Below are positions 15,475-24,135 of a DNA stretch of 30,702 bases, piece by piece. The stretch is from a virus. Lineage: Duplodnaviria > Heunggongvirae > Uroviricota > Caudoviricetes. The notes beneath the pieces are model-generated. The model saw nothing but the letters and a program-made list of their open reading frames with translations, made no database searches and was not told the DNA's origin. Position numbers and translations under genes: made by a program. The stretch spans positions 1 to 30,702 of the IMG/VR virus record IMGVR_UViG_3300022468_000539. One strand, 5' to 3'. Position 1 is the first letter of the stretch. Every line of letters starts with the position of its first letter.

Positions 15475-17760
15475 ATGCTAAAAACGTTGATTAAGAGAGA
15501 TGGTACAGTTCAAGAATATGATGCAAACAAAGCCAATGGTTGGGGTGAGTTTGCTGCGAAGACTTTAGGTAGCTATGTTGATTGGAGTTCTATTGTTCTG
15601 GAGACTGTTTCCAGATTGGGTGATCAATGCACTACGTTGGATTTTCAGAAGGGTCTGATCTACTCATGCTTGAATCGTAAGACATGGGAATACAACCGTA
15701 TGGCTGGACGCTTGTATGCACCACAACTGGTTCGTGAGTTCTATGGTGACAAGCATCCTACCGTGCAACAACTGCATGCGGAATTGTTTAGCGTTGGATT
15801 GATGGTTTACCTGAATTACTCTAGCGAAGAGTATGCACAGGTTGAAGACATGATCAACCACAATCAGGATTTGAAGTACGCACACTTCCAGATTCATCAG
15901 ATTCGCACTAAGTACGCACTGCGTAACAAGGTGTTGAAGAAAGAGTATGAAACTCCACAATTCGTTTTCATGCGTATGGCAATGGCTTTGGCAGAAAACG
16001 AGCCAAAAGAGCAGCGTATGGAGCATGTTAAGAAGTGGTACACATACCTCTCTAAGAACAAGATCAATGCGCCTACACCTAACTATGTGAATCTTGGCAC
16101 ACGCCTGAATGGTTATGCGTCTTGCTGTGTCTACACTACACATGATACTGCTGCTTCATTGGCTGCTGGTGATCATATCGCTTACATGATGACATGCATG
16201 TCTGCTGGTATCGGCTCACACATCAAGACTCGTTCCTTGGGTGATCCTATTCGTGGTGGATTGATTGAACATCAAGGTAAGCTGCCTTACTACCGTGCCA
16301 TGGTTGGTGCTATCGGCGCTAACTTGCAAAATGGTCGTGGTGGTGCATCGACAGTTCACTACACTGCATTTGATCCTGAAGTTAAGACAATCCAGAAACT
16401 ACGTCACCCGATGACTCCTGCAGCTAAACGTATTGCAGGCGCACACTACTCATTTGGCTCTAACAAACTGTTCGCACGTAAGGTTGCACGTGACGAAATG
16501 TATGCACCATTTTCTTACCACTCTAATCCTGAATTGTATAACGCTCAATATGCAAAAGATCAAAGCATTTTCGAACGTCTGTACATGGAGTATGAAAAGA
16601 CTGCAACGTTCAAACTAAGCGCTCGTGAAGTGCTTGTAGATGCTCTGCGTCAGGCTTATGAAACTGGTGTGCAGTATGACCATCGCACCGATGAATTGAA
16701 TAAGCACACACCTTTTATTGACCCAATTTGGTCATCTAATTTGTGTCAAGAAATTGGTCTTCCAAGTAAAGGCTATCAATCAGTCAAAGAACTGTATGAA
16801 GAGTACAAAGAGGGTGATGGTGAAATTGGTCTTTGCTCTTTGGGTGGTGTGGTTGTTGGTAACATCGACTCCGATGAAGAGTACGCTGATGTCGCATACT
16901 ACACGCTGAAAATGATCGATGTTTGTATCCACAAAGCAGACTATGTTTTCCCAAGTTTGGAACACACTGCTAAGTCTCGTATGAGTGCTGGTGTGGGTGT
17001 TATTGGTCTTGCACACTTGATGGCTAAGAAACATTTGAAGTTCGATACACAGGAAGGTCGTAACTTCATCCACGAGACATTTGAAACCCACTACTGGCAC
17101 TTGCTGAATGCGTCTTTGCGCCTCGGTAAAGAGTTGGGTAATGCTCCATGGATGCACAAGACTTTGTGGCCTAAAGGATGGTTACCTCTCGATACATACA
17201 ACAAGAATGTTGATAGCCTCGTCACTGTAGAGAACAAGCGTGATTGGGAATGGATACGCAAAGAAATCATTGCAAATGGTGGTATTCGTAACTCGGTTAT
17301 TGCTGCCCATATGCCTGCTGAATCTTCGGCATCCGCATCAGGCACAACTAATGGTGGATATGCTATTCGTTCATTGTCTATCATGAAGACAAACGATACA
17401 GCAACTACATATTGGGAAGCACCTGATGCTGGTAAACTTGGTAAGTGGTATCAACTTGCATGGGATATTTCAAACACGGATCACATCAAGAATTATGCTG
17501 TGATGCAGAAGTGGACAGATCAAGGTATCTCTGCTGATCTTTATGCAGATGTGTCGGGTAACACCACTATTTCTTCGTCTGAGATCATTCAGGATTATTT
17601 GTCAATCGCTAAGTATGGTTTGAAGAGTCGCTACTACGTTGTTTCTAAGACTTCTGATGGTGTGGATTTGACTTCAACAGAGAATGCAGTATCATTAAAT
17701 ACTGTCCCGACTGCAGAAGTCGAGGAAGATGATTCGGTCTGCGAATCATGCACTTTGTAA
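15475..17760 (+). CDS. nrdA: Ribonucleotide reductase class Ia alpha subunit
   Basis: N-terminal IKRDG (ATP-cone-like), PTP, ASCC, SNLCQEI, LCSLG, MPAESS, QKWTDQGIS, SRYY and C-terminal CESC. Confidence 0.95.
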   Translation: MLKTLIKRDGTVQEYDANKANGWGEFAAKTLGSYVDWSSIVLETVSRLGDQCTTLDFQKGLIYSCLNRKTWEYNRMAGRLYAPQLVREFYGDKHPTVQQLHAELFSVGLMVYLNYSSEEYAQVEDMINHNQDLKYAHFQIHQIRTKYALRNKVLKKEYETPQFVFMRMAMALAENEPKEQRMEHVKKWYTYLSKNKINAPTPNYVNLGTRLNGYASCCVYTTHDTAASLAAGDHIAYMMTCMSAGIGSHIKTRSLGDPIRGGLIEHQGKLPYYRAMVGAIGANLQNGRGGASTVHYTAFDPEVKTIQKLRHPMTPAAKRIAGAHYSFGSNKLFARKVARDEMYAPFSYHSNPELYNAQYAKDQSIFERLYMEYEKTATFKLSAREVLVDALRQAYETGVQYDHRTDELNKHTPFIDPIWSSNLCQEIGLPSKGYQSVKELYEEYKEGDGEIGLCSLGGVVVGNIDSDEEYADVAYYTLKMIDVCIHKADYVFPSLEHTAKSRMSAGVGVIGLAHLMAKKHLKFDTQEGRNFIHETFETHYWHLLNASLRLGKELGNAPWMHKTLWPKGWLPLDTYNKNVDSLVTVENKRDWEWIRKEIIANGGIRNSVIAAHMPAESSASASGTTNGGYAIRSLSIMKTNDTATTYWEAPDAGKLGKWYQLAWDISNTDHIKNYAVMQKWTDQGISADLYADVSGNTTISSSEIIQDYLSIAKYGLKSRYYVVSKTSDGVDLTSTENAVSLNTVPTAEVEEDDSVCESCTL

Positions 17761-17767
17761 AGGAAAT

Positions 17768-18868
17768 ATGAGTAAAGTTTTTAACACAGGAAAAACGATT
17801 GAGGAATACATGGAAAAGGGTACGCCCCTTTTCCTTGGAGTAGAGCCTGGTCTTTTTAACACTATCAACAAACAGTACCCAAAACTCTGGGATTTGTACA
17901 AGGAAATGAAGAGTTTGGATTGGGATGAAGTCGAGTTTGACTACTCTCAATGTAACCAAGAATTCAAGACATGTGACAGATCAACATACCAAATGATGTT
18001 GATTAACCTTGCATGGCAATGGGGTGGTGATTCTGCCGCAACATCCATCACTGCCATTCTTGGTAGCGTCATCACAGACTCTTCTTTGTGGGCACTGACA
18101 GGTCGAATCTCTGACAACGAAGTCGTACATGCATCCACATATTCTGAGATTGTGCGGATGTCTTTTGATAATCCAGAATTGGCTCTGCGGGAAGTTCTGG
18201 ATGCGAAAGAATCTATCAATCGACTGACTCATGTTGTTGCTGTTTTTGAAAACGCAAAACGACTTTGTAGTCTGTATGGTGCGGGTGAAGAGGTTGATAA
18301 GCAAGAGTTGTACGATGCAATCTTTTTGATGTATTGCGCACTGCTGATGTTGGAGCGAGTTCAGTTTACAGGTTCATTCGGTGTGACGTTTACGATCTGT
18401 GCTACAGGTCTGTTTCAGGCTATCGGTAAAGCGATCCAAAAAATTTGCCAAGATGAATTGGAAGTACATGCCATGGCAGATAAAGAAGTGTTGCGCATCG
18501 AACTCAAAACTCAGCGTGGACAAGACTCTTACAACCGTCAATTGCCAAAGATCAAACAACTCTTCAATGAAGTGATTGGTGCAGAATTCAGCTTCATCGA
18601 TTACATGTTTTCTGAAGGTCGTTCTTTGACTGGTGCTACGGCAAATACCATGAAGCAATGGGTTTTGTTTAACGCACGTGATGTGGACAAGTTTTTGGAT
18701 TTGAATAGTGAATTCACATTCCCCACCAAAAACCCATGCCCTCACTTGGAAGATTGGGTAAATATTGGCAATGTACAGGCTGCTCCACAGGAAGAAGTCA
18801 ACAATGCATACAAGGTCAACACTATTGTGAATGACGATTCTGGTAAAACTTTTGAGGTAGATTTCTAA
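17768..18868 (+). CDS. nrdB: Ribonucleotide reductase class Ia beta subunit
   Basis: Start moved to ATG 17768 after an AGGA RBS. Di-iron ligands DS, NEVVH, LE and DELEVH; radical Tyr (STY); C-terminal APQE...Y. Confidence 0.95.
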   Translation: MSKVFNTGKTIEEYMEKGTPLFLGVEPGLFNTINKQYPKLWDLYKEMKSLDWDEVEFDYSQCNQEFKTCDRSTYQMMLINLAWQWGGDSAATSITAILGSVITDSSLWALTGRISDNEVVHASTYSEIVRMSFDNPELALREVLDAKESINRLTHVVAVFENAKRLCSLYGAGEEVDKQELYDAIFLMYCALLMLERVQFTGSFGVTFTICATGLFQAIGKAIQKICQDELEVHAMADKEVLRIELKTQRGQDSYNRQLPKIKQLFNEVIGAEFSFIDYMFSEGRSLTGATANTMKQWVLFNARDVDKFLDLNSEFTFPTKNPCPHLEDWVNIGNVQAAPQEEVNNAYKVNTIVNDDSGKTFEVDF

Positions 18869-19122
18869 TGGGTGATTTTGTAGTTTATTCCAAACCGGCT
18901 TGCGTTCAATGTGATCAGGCAAAGGCTTTGATCAAGGCAAAAGGTAAGACTTATATTGAAAAACAAATTGATGTTGGTCAGGATAAGAAGCCAGATGTTG
19001 AATATGTTGAACTGCAGACTTTGAAGCAACAATATTCGAACATTCGTATGGCTCCTGTCATTACTGATATCAACGGAAACTTTATTGGTTCATTACCCGA
19101 GTTGCGCAAACTGTTGAGTTGA
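18868..19122 (+). CDS. nrdC: Glutaredoxin (NrdC-like)
   Basis: YSKPACVQC active site, cis-Pro (MAP) and FIGS; follows nrdB. Confidence 0.85.
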   Translation: MGDFVVYSKPACVQCDQAKALIKAKGKTYIEKQIDVGQDKKPDVEYVELQTLKQQYSNIRMAPVITDINGNFIGSLPELRKLLS

Positions 19123-19148
19123 TAAATACTGACTTATGGGAGAAAACT

Positions 19149-19598
19149 ATGAGTCAGTGGACATACAATGGTGTTATAATGGCATCACAGGATCAGTTTC
19201 CTAGTGATGCCTTTTCATTTGTGTATAAGATTACACGAATATCCGATGGGAAGTTCTATATCGGTAAAAAATTAGCATTCTTTCAGAAGACAACCCAGAA
19301 AACGGTTAAACTGAAGAATGGAACAAAAAAAGTCAAAAAAATTAAGAGTCTGGTACCTTCCGACTGGCTCACGTATTGGAGTTCATCTGCTGAACTTATC
19401 AAGGATGTAGAAACCCTTGGTGAAGATGCTTTCACACGTGAAATACTCTGCTTTTGTCTCAGTAAATCACACGCATCATATCTCGAAGCCAAATATCAGT
19501 TTGATCATAAAGTTCTTGAAATTGATAAGGAAAAGACATATAACGGCATCATAAACTGTCGAATACATCATTCTCATGTGAGAAAGTTTTTTAATTGA
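19149..19598 (+). CDS. Short GIY-YIG-like nuclease (catalytic domain only)
   Basis: FVYKIT...FYIGKK, YWSSS, REIL, E and YNG. Start moved to ATG 19149 because ATAAATA (19122-19128) lies inside the TTG-started call. Confidence 0.65.
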   Translation: MSQWTYNGVIMASQDQFPSDAFSFVYKITRISDGKFYIGKKLAFFQKTTQKTVKLKNGTKKVKKIKSLVPSDWLTYWSSSAELIKDVETLGEDAFTREILCFCLSKSHASYLEAKYQFDHKVLEIDKEKTYNGIINCRIHHSHVRKFFN

Positions 19599-19608
19599 TC
19601 TAAACTTG

Positions 19609-19617
19609 TGTTATAAT
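19609..19617 (+). promoter_or_regulatory. Extended -10 promoter TGt-TATAAT
   Basis: ctaaacttgtgttataatt, nearly identical to ctaaactgtgttataatt at 21149-21166; AGGA RBS follows. Confidence 0.6.
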
Positions 19618-19639
19618 TGATGTAACAAAGGAAAATAAG

Positions 19640-20155
19640 ATGAAAACTTTTTACATTCACGGTTACGGCTCTTCTCCCAAGTCACAGACTTTCTTGGATA
19701 TGCAAGCAGCTATTCCTGATATCGAATGCTTGACATATGATAGTAATTCGCCAATCAGTTCTATTTTTCTATTTGTCGGCCAAGTTTTAAAGGTTGATGA
19801 ACCGATCCATATCATTGCATCGTCATTGGGCGGTTGGTATGCAGAACAGATTGCATCCATCATTCCAGTGTCTTTGACCCTATATAACCCTTCACTGAAT
19901 CCACGTGAATCTTTGAAGAAGTATGGGTTGCCTGAAAGCGTTACAAATTTGTATCGTGACGTTTTGATCAACCCAAATGTTGATCGCACTGTTGTCCTTT
20001 CAAAGGATGACACTGTGGTTTCTCCTGATAACGCAATGGTTAAATATGCAGACATTGCAAATATGGTCATCACAGAAGGTGGTCATAGAATGACCCCAAC
20101 AAACTTAGGTATTATCGTAGATGACTGGAAATTTAGATCAAATCAACTTGGATGA
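19640..20155 (+). CDS. YqiA/YcfP-like alpha/beta hydrolase (esterase)
   Basis: YIHGYGSS, ASSLGGWYA nucleophile elbow, NPS, D-x-VV and GGH triad. Confidence 0.85.
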   Translation: MKTFYIHGYGSSPKSQTFLDMQAAIPDIECLTYDSNSPISSIFLFVGQVLKVDEPIHIIASSLGGWYAEQIASIIPVSLTLYNPSLNPRESLKKYGLPESVTNLYRDVLINPNVDRTVVLSKDDTVVSPDNAMVKYADIANMVITEGGHRMTPTNLGIIVDDWKFRSNQLG

Positions 20156-21152
20156 AGTAATTTTCGAAAATGTTACTGTGAATTTTAGATTCTCAGATTT
20201 TCGAAAGCTAAATGAAGGGTTTAAGAACTTTTTACCATCTGATGTAGAAAAGAAACGTGCCCATGCCGATGAAATCCATGCAATGCTTACAAAGGCATAT
20301 GCTGATCAAGGTGGTATAAAAGGTACCGGTTTTGAATCACCTGAAAGTATGGTTCATAACATTCCTATGTGGAAAATCCATAAACAAGATGGAAAGATTC
20401 GCAGTGTGGCTATGTATAAAGATTCGGATGGTCGTAAACGTGTTGCTATTGCTACCGATGGTACTCCAGAAGGAAAGGCATCTGCAGCCAAAGTTGTTGA
20501 TGCTGATTTAAGAAAGCATCGTGCCCACATGGAAGTTTCTGGTAAATCACTTTCTGTTTTAAAGAAAATGGTTCCTATCAAAGACTTTGCACGTAGTTTT
20601 GAGGATGCTGAAAAATTTCATGCTTCACGTGGCGATAAAATTGAGCGACCAACAGATGATGATCCAGAGGCTGTTCGTCATCCAGAACTGAAGCATCTGA
20701 TGTACACTCGCGAACTCGGTGGTGAGAAAAAGACCAAGATTATGCTTGGTAAGCAGGGTTTGAAGATCACCGAAGCCACTGCCGAAGACCACTTCAAGGC
20801 ATCTAAGTCACGATTCAACCGTAGCCACTATTCGACAGGTGGTTGGACAGTTGTTCCTAACACACACCCTGCAGCACAAGCTGCTGATCGTCGGCCTGAG
20901 TTTTCAACCGATGACTGGAATAAGTTGCATGACAAGTCTATCGCTGCTATCCATAAGCATAAAGTGCCTTCAGGCTATCATGTCATGTTTAGTCGGCATA
21001 TGGATCAGGGTTATGTCACTCACGTTGATCATGACTCGAAGAAGTTAAATATTGTCACAGTTTTGCCACGTGGGAAGTATCGACCAACAAAAGAAGGTGA
21101 TGGTCGAGTTATTTTTGAATCTATTTCAGAAAATTTTGTTGACATAGACTAA
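20121..21152 (+). CDS. Two-domain phage protein, possible internal head protein (343 aa; start uncertain, alternative GTG at 20178)
   Basis: Long ORF with good codon usage; FSDFRKLNE near the N terminus and an internal KITEAT junction. Function unknown. Confidence 0.65.
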   Translation: MTGNLDQINLDEVIFENVTVNFRFSDFRKLNEGFKNFLPSDVEKKRAHADEIHAMLTKAYADQGGIKGTGFESPESMVHNIPMWKIHKQDGKIRSVAMYKDSDGRKRVAIATDGTPEGKASAAKVVDADLRKHRAHMEVSGKSLSVLKKMVPIKDFARSFEDAEKFHASRGDKIERPTDDDPEAVRHPELKHLMYTRELGGEKKTKIMLGKQGLKITEATAEDHFKASKSRFNRSHYSTGGWTVVPNTHPAAQAADRRPEFSTDDWNKLHDKSIAAIHKHKVPSGYHVMFSRHMDQGYVTHVDHDSKKLNIVTVLPRGKYRPTKEGDGRVIFESISENFVDID

Positions 21153-21156
21153 ACTG

Positions 21157-21165
21157 TGTTATAAT
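21157..21165 (+). promoter_or_regulatory. Extended -10 promoter TGt-TATAAT
   Basis: TTGACA at 21139-21144 is only 15 nt away, so the TG extension probably matters. Only 6 nt separate it from the ATG at 21172, so the mRNA may be leaderless. Confidence 0.55.
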
Positions 21166-21171
21166 TCGGGT

Positions 21172-21435
21172 ATGACACAGACACATACCCAAATCCGCGA
21201 AGCTAACATTCTTTCCCTGCTGCGTAAACACGATCCAGCAGGCGTTGGCATTTTTCCAGAATCAGAAATCAACTACATTGAGTATGCTCATGAAGCATCG
21301 CTCTTGGTTACCGTTTCTGACGAAAATTTCATCACTGCAGCATGTAAATTTCTAGAATCAACATATGGCCGTGTGGTTGATTCTTATATGGTCAATCGTG
21401 TTACTTTAGTTGCTGCTGAACTACGAAAGATGTAA
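21172..21435 (+). CDS. Hypothetical protein (87 aa)
   Basis: ORF fills the gap between flanking genes and follows a promoter. Confidence 0.6.
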   Translation: MTQTHTQIREANILSLLRKHDPAGVGIFPESEINYIEYAHEASLLVTVSDENFITAACKFLESTYGRVVDSYMVNRVTLVAAELRKM

Positions 21436-21441
21436 ATCTTT

Positions 21442-22122
21442 ATGCTCAAGAAAAATAAACTACCAACTCTAAAAATCACCAATGCTTTTGGTGATGCTGT
21501 CATCAAAGTGAAGAAAAACCGCTGGATTCAAGGTGCCAAGTGGTTTATTGCTATCGTAATTATAGCAATTGCTTCCGCAACTTACACTGTGGGTAAATCG
21601 ACGTATCAAGAATATGTTGCAAAACAAAACTATGTTGCTGAAGAAACCAAGAAAGCACTCTCTGGTGAAGATTCTATAGTCATTCAAGCTACTGCAGACA
21701 TCATCAAGCGTGATGCTAAGGTGCCTACTTCTAACGAAATTGCCAAGAAATATGCAATGTGGGTCTATCAGGCTGCGTCTAAGTATTCCGTTGATCCAGT
21801 GCTGGTATTGTCCGTGATGCGTAACGAATCACAGTTTGACTACAAGGCAACTTCTCCTACTGGCGCACGTGGTTTGATGCAAGTGATTGCGTCTTGGCAT
21901 CGTGAAAAAACAAGTGAAGTGGCACTGTATGATCCTAAAAATGCTATCTTTGTAGGAACACAAATTCTTGCGGAATATGGTGCTAGGTCTAAGACTGAAG
22001 CGGAAACGTTGCTTCGATACAACGGTTCTTTGAATCAAGCACCTGTGTATGCTACAAAGGTGCTACTGACCAAGCGTAAATATGATGATGAAATCTATAA
22101 AGCAATCATCAATGATGTATAA
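21442..22122 (+). CDS. Lytic transglycosylase (SLT domain) with N-terminal membrane anchor
   Basis: PVLVLSVMRNESQF (catalytic E), GARGLMQV, LLRYNG and YATKV; hydrophobic WFIAIVIIAIASATYTVG. Confidence 0.88.
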   Translation: MLKKNKLPTLKITNAFGDAVIKVKKNRWIQGAKWFIAIVIIAIASATYTVGKSTYQEYVAKQNYVAEETKKALSGEDSIVIQATADIIKRDAKVPTSNEIAKKYAMWVYQAASKYSVDPVLVLSVMRNESQFDYKATSPTGARGLMQVIASWHREKTSEVALYDPKNAIFVGTQILAEYGARSKTEAETLLRYNGSLNQAPVYATKVLLTKRKYDDEIYKAIINDV

Positions 22123-22130
22123 GGAAAATA

Positions 22131-22301
22131 ATGGCAACTGCGCACAATGACATTACTAACGACAAGATCGCTTCTAAGGTACCTTCTCAGGATTACCTTA
22201 GTAATTTCGACTTGATTTTTCGTAAAAACAAGCCTGTTGAGGCACCAAAAGTTGAAGACGATAAATATGTAATCGAATCTCAACAACCAACAGGAAATTA
22301 A
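22131..22301 (+). CDS. Small conserved-type phage protein (56 aa), missed by the ORF track
   Basis: AAGGA RBS. MATAHNDITNDKIASKVPSQDYLSNFDLIFRK... exactly fills the gap and resembles a small phage family with the NDITxD...Y..N.D.IF pattern (from recall). Confidence 0.7.
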   Translation: MATAHNDITNDKIASKVPSQDYLSNFDLIFRKNKPVEAPKVEDDKYVIESQQPTGN

Positions 22302-22303
22302 TA

Positions 22304-24046
22304 ATGCAAACTTTCAAGGAATTTAGAGCAGAGCGGATGAATCCGACTGAGGCTCATGTTCAAGCCAAACACTTTGACACTCAAGAATATGATGTGCTGA
22401 CTGGTAAAGAAGCAACAAACGAATCAGTTTCTCCTGATCCAGAAAATGCAAAGCGCATCATCATGCGTCACGATGGCGAAGGTGCGCCTAAAGGTGTTTC
22501 TGGCTTGAGCGTTCCACGCCACATGTGGGAAGGTTCTAAGACCATGACTGGTATGGCAGAGCGTAATAAAGCACGTGCTGAAGTATATGGCTCCGAACAT
22601 CGCGAACCCCTCTCGGTTTCCGAAATGGAAGAAAGCCATAAATCTGTTTTGGATGAACACTTTGCAAAGCCAAAAGCACTGCAAATCGCTCATGAAAAAG
22701 AAGCTATTGGTCGTCTGAAGGCTGCTAAACATTTGGATTCCGGTAGTACAACCGACGAATCTGAAAAAACCGATACCATCCTGCATGAAAAGGATAAATC
22801 TGGTCGTGGCTACATTGCTGCAGCGTGTAAAGGTGTGGCTGGTCATGCTGTTTACACTTCTGGTGGTGGTGAGCATGCGCAGCATCGGGTGGTGAATACC
22901 TGCCCGGGTCAGACTCGTGGTTGTGGTGGTGGTGTTGATGCCCATGGCGTTGCGAACACGACTAAGGGTACATGTTTTGCACCTAATGCCGAGGCACAGT
23001 ATCCGGGCGCTTCGATCCGTCGCGCATACCTTGATCAGTCAAAACATGATCCTAAGATGACCAAAGACTACATCTTGGCTCATACTCACTCTATCCGTAT
23101 GGGTGCTGAAAAGGCTGACAAGAAAGACAAGAATTTCGTTATTCGACCAAACACTTTGAATGAGAATGATCGTTCGACAAAGCACGTTGTGCGCCAACTG
23201 AATGCACAACGTGCTACAGAAGGTAAGTCTAAGATCATTAGCTACCAGTACAGCAAGACTAACGAATTGAACGATCCAGAAAACGGTACTCACGTTACCC
23301 ACTCCAACATTGGCCCAAAGGTGATCAATGGTAAGATGGTGCGTGAAAACGTTAATCGTGACTCACATCGCGTTAACAACACTGTGACTGCAACTAAGTC
23401 TTCTGGTGAAGATTTGCGAAACGTGCAAGGCAACAAGACCCCTGCTATGCACTCTTACTTGGTTACCAATTTACCACGTGGTGGTGCTATGGACAAAGAG
23501 TACCAGAAGCATGCAAAGACCATTAAGTATTGGGATCGTGGTACAAAGCTGTCTGAAGACGAATTGAAGTCTAGCCCTCGTGAAGGTCACTTTGACGGTG
23601 CTGGTAAGCCTACAACCGAAGATAAGGCACACCATGGATTTAAGGTGGTTGGTGAGCGTAAGTATGAGTATCAGAATCAACACATCTTGCATCCACGGAT
23701 GACCAGTGTAAACGGGCATGATATTCCTTCTGACTCACGTTTCAAAGACGACGAACATATGCCCTCTGAGGCTACCCGTTTCAAGTCTAAAAACGGTAAG
23801 TCTGCCGGTGGTGTGGTTGTGACTTCTGCAACGACTTCTACCAGTGGTGAGCGTAGCAATTCTTCCTTCACGCATCGTATTGATCAACACAAACTTGATA
23901 AAATCAAGCAGACTGGAGTTCATGAAATCGATGCGCCTGAAGAGCAAGAGGCAGCACGTGGTAAAGACTACAATGGTGAAGAACATGCAGTTCCATTGAG
24001 CAAAATTGGTGGTCTGAAGAAAACTCTCAAAGAGTCTGAAGAATAA
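22304..24046 (+). CDS. GP88-like Cys-motif protein with T4 internal-protein-like N terminus (580 aa)
   Basis: MQTFKEFRAE N terminus; TCPGQTRGC...CF (C200, C207, C224); VIRPN, YQYSK, HVTHS and SDSRF-x-D; ATAAATA at 22261-22267 upstream. Confidence 0.6.
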   Translation: MQTFKEFRAERMNPTEAHVQAKHFDTQEYDVLTGKEATNESVSPDPENAKRIIMRHDGEGAPKGVSGLSVPRHMWEGSKTMTGMAERNKARAEVYGSEHREPLSVSEMEESHKSVLDEHFAKPKALQIAHEKEAIGRLKAAKHLDSGSTTDESEKTDTILHEKDKSGRGYIAAACKGVAGHAVYTSGGGEHAQHRVVNTCPGQTRGCGGGVDAHGVANTTKGTCFAPNAEAQYPGASIRRAYLDQSKHDPKMTKDYILAHTHSIRMGAEKADKKDKNFVIRPNTLNENDRSTKHVVRQLNAQRATEGKSKIISYQYSKTNELNDPENGTHVTHSNIGPKVINGKMVRENVNRDSHRVNNTVTATKSSGEDLRNVQGNKTPAMHSYLVTNLPRGGAMDKEYQKHAKTIKYWDRGTKLSEDELKSSPREGHFDGAGKPTTEDKAHHGFKVVGERKYEYQNQHILHPRMTSVNGHDIPSDSRFKDDEHMPSEATRFKSKNGKSAGGVVVTSATTSTSGERSNSSFTHRIDQHKLDKIKQTGVHEIDAPEEQEAARGKDYNGEEHAVPLSKIGGLKKTLKESEE

Positions 24047-24066
24047 ATTATTTTCAAAAATAATTC

Positions 24067-24091
24067 AAAAAGGCCCCTAGGGGCCTTTTTT
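24067..24091. terminator. Bidirectional rho-independent terminator
   Basis: Perfect palindrome aaaaaggccc-ctag-gggccttttt with A-run and T-run flanks. Confidence 0.85.
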
Positions 24092-24095
24092 ATTG

Positions 24096-24116
24096 TATAA
24101 TTCATCCATCGAAACA
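24096..24116 (+). promoter_or_regulatory. Early-type promoter TATAATTCATCCATCGAAACA
   Basis: Identical to 3454-3434 (-); AAAGGT RBS before ATG 24136. Confidence 0.7.
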
Positions 24117-24135
24117 AAACTTCAAAAGGTACGAT

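Noticed and set aside
12936-18868. Introns or inteins in uvsW, primase, nrdA or nrdB
   Set aside because: ORFs are uninterrupted, of normal length, and show no splice-junction motifs.
22857-22934. GGT triplet runs
   Set aside because: Simply encode Gly-rich linkers (SGGGE, CGGGV).
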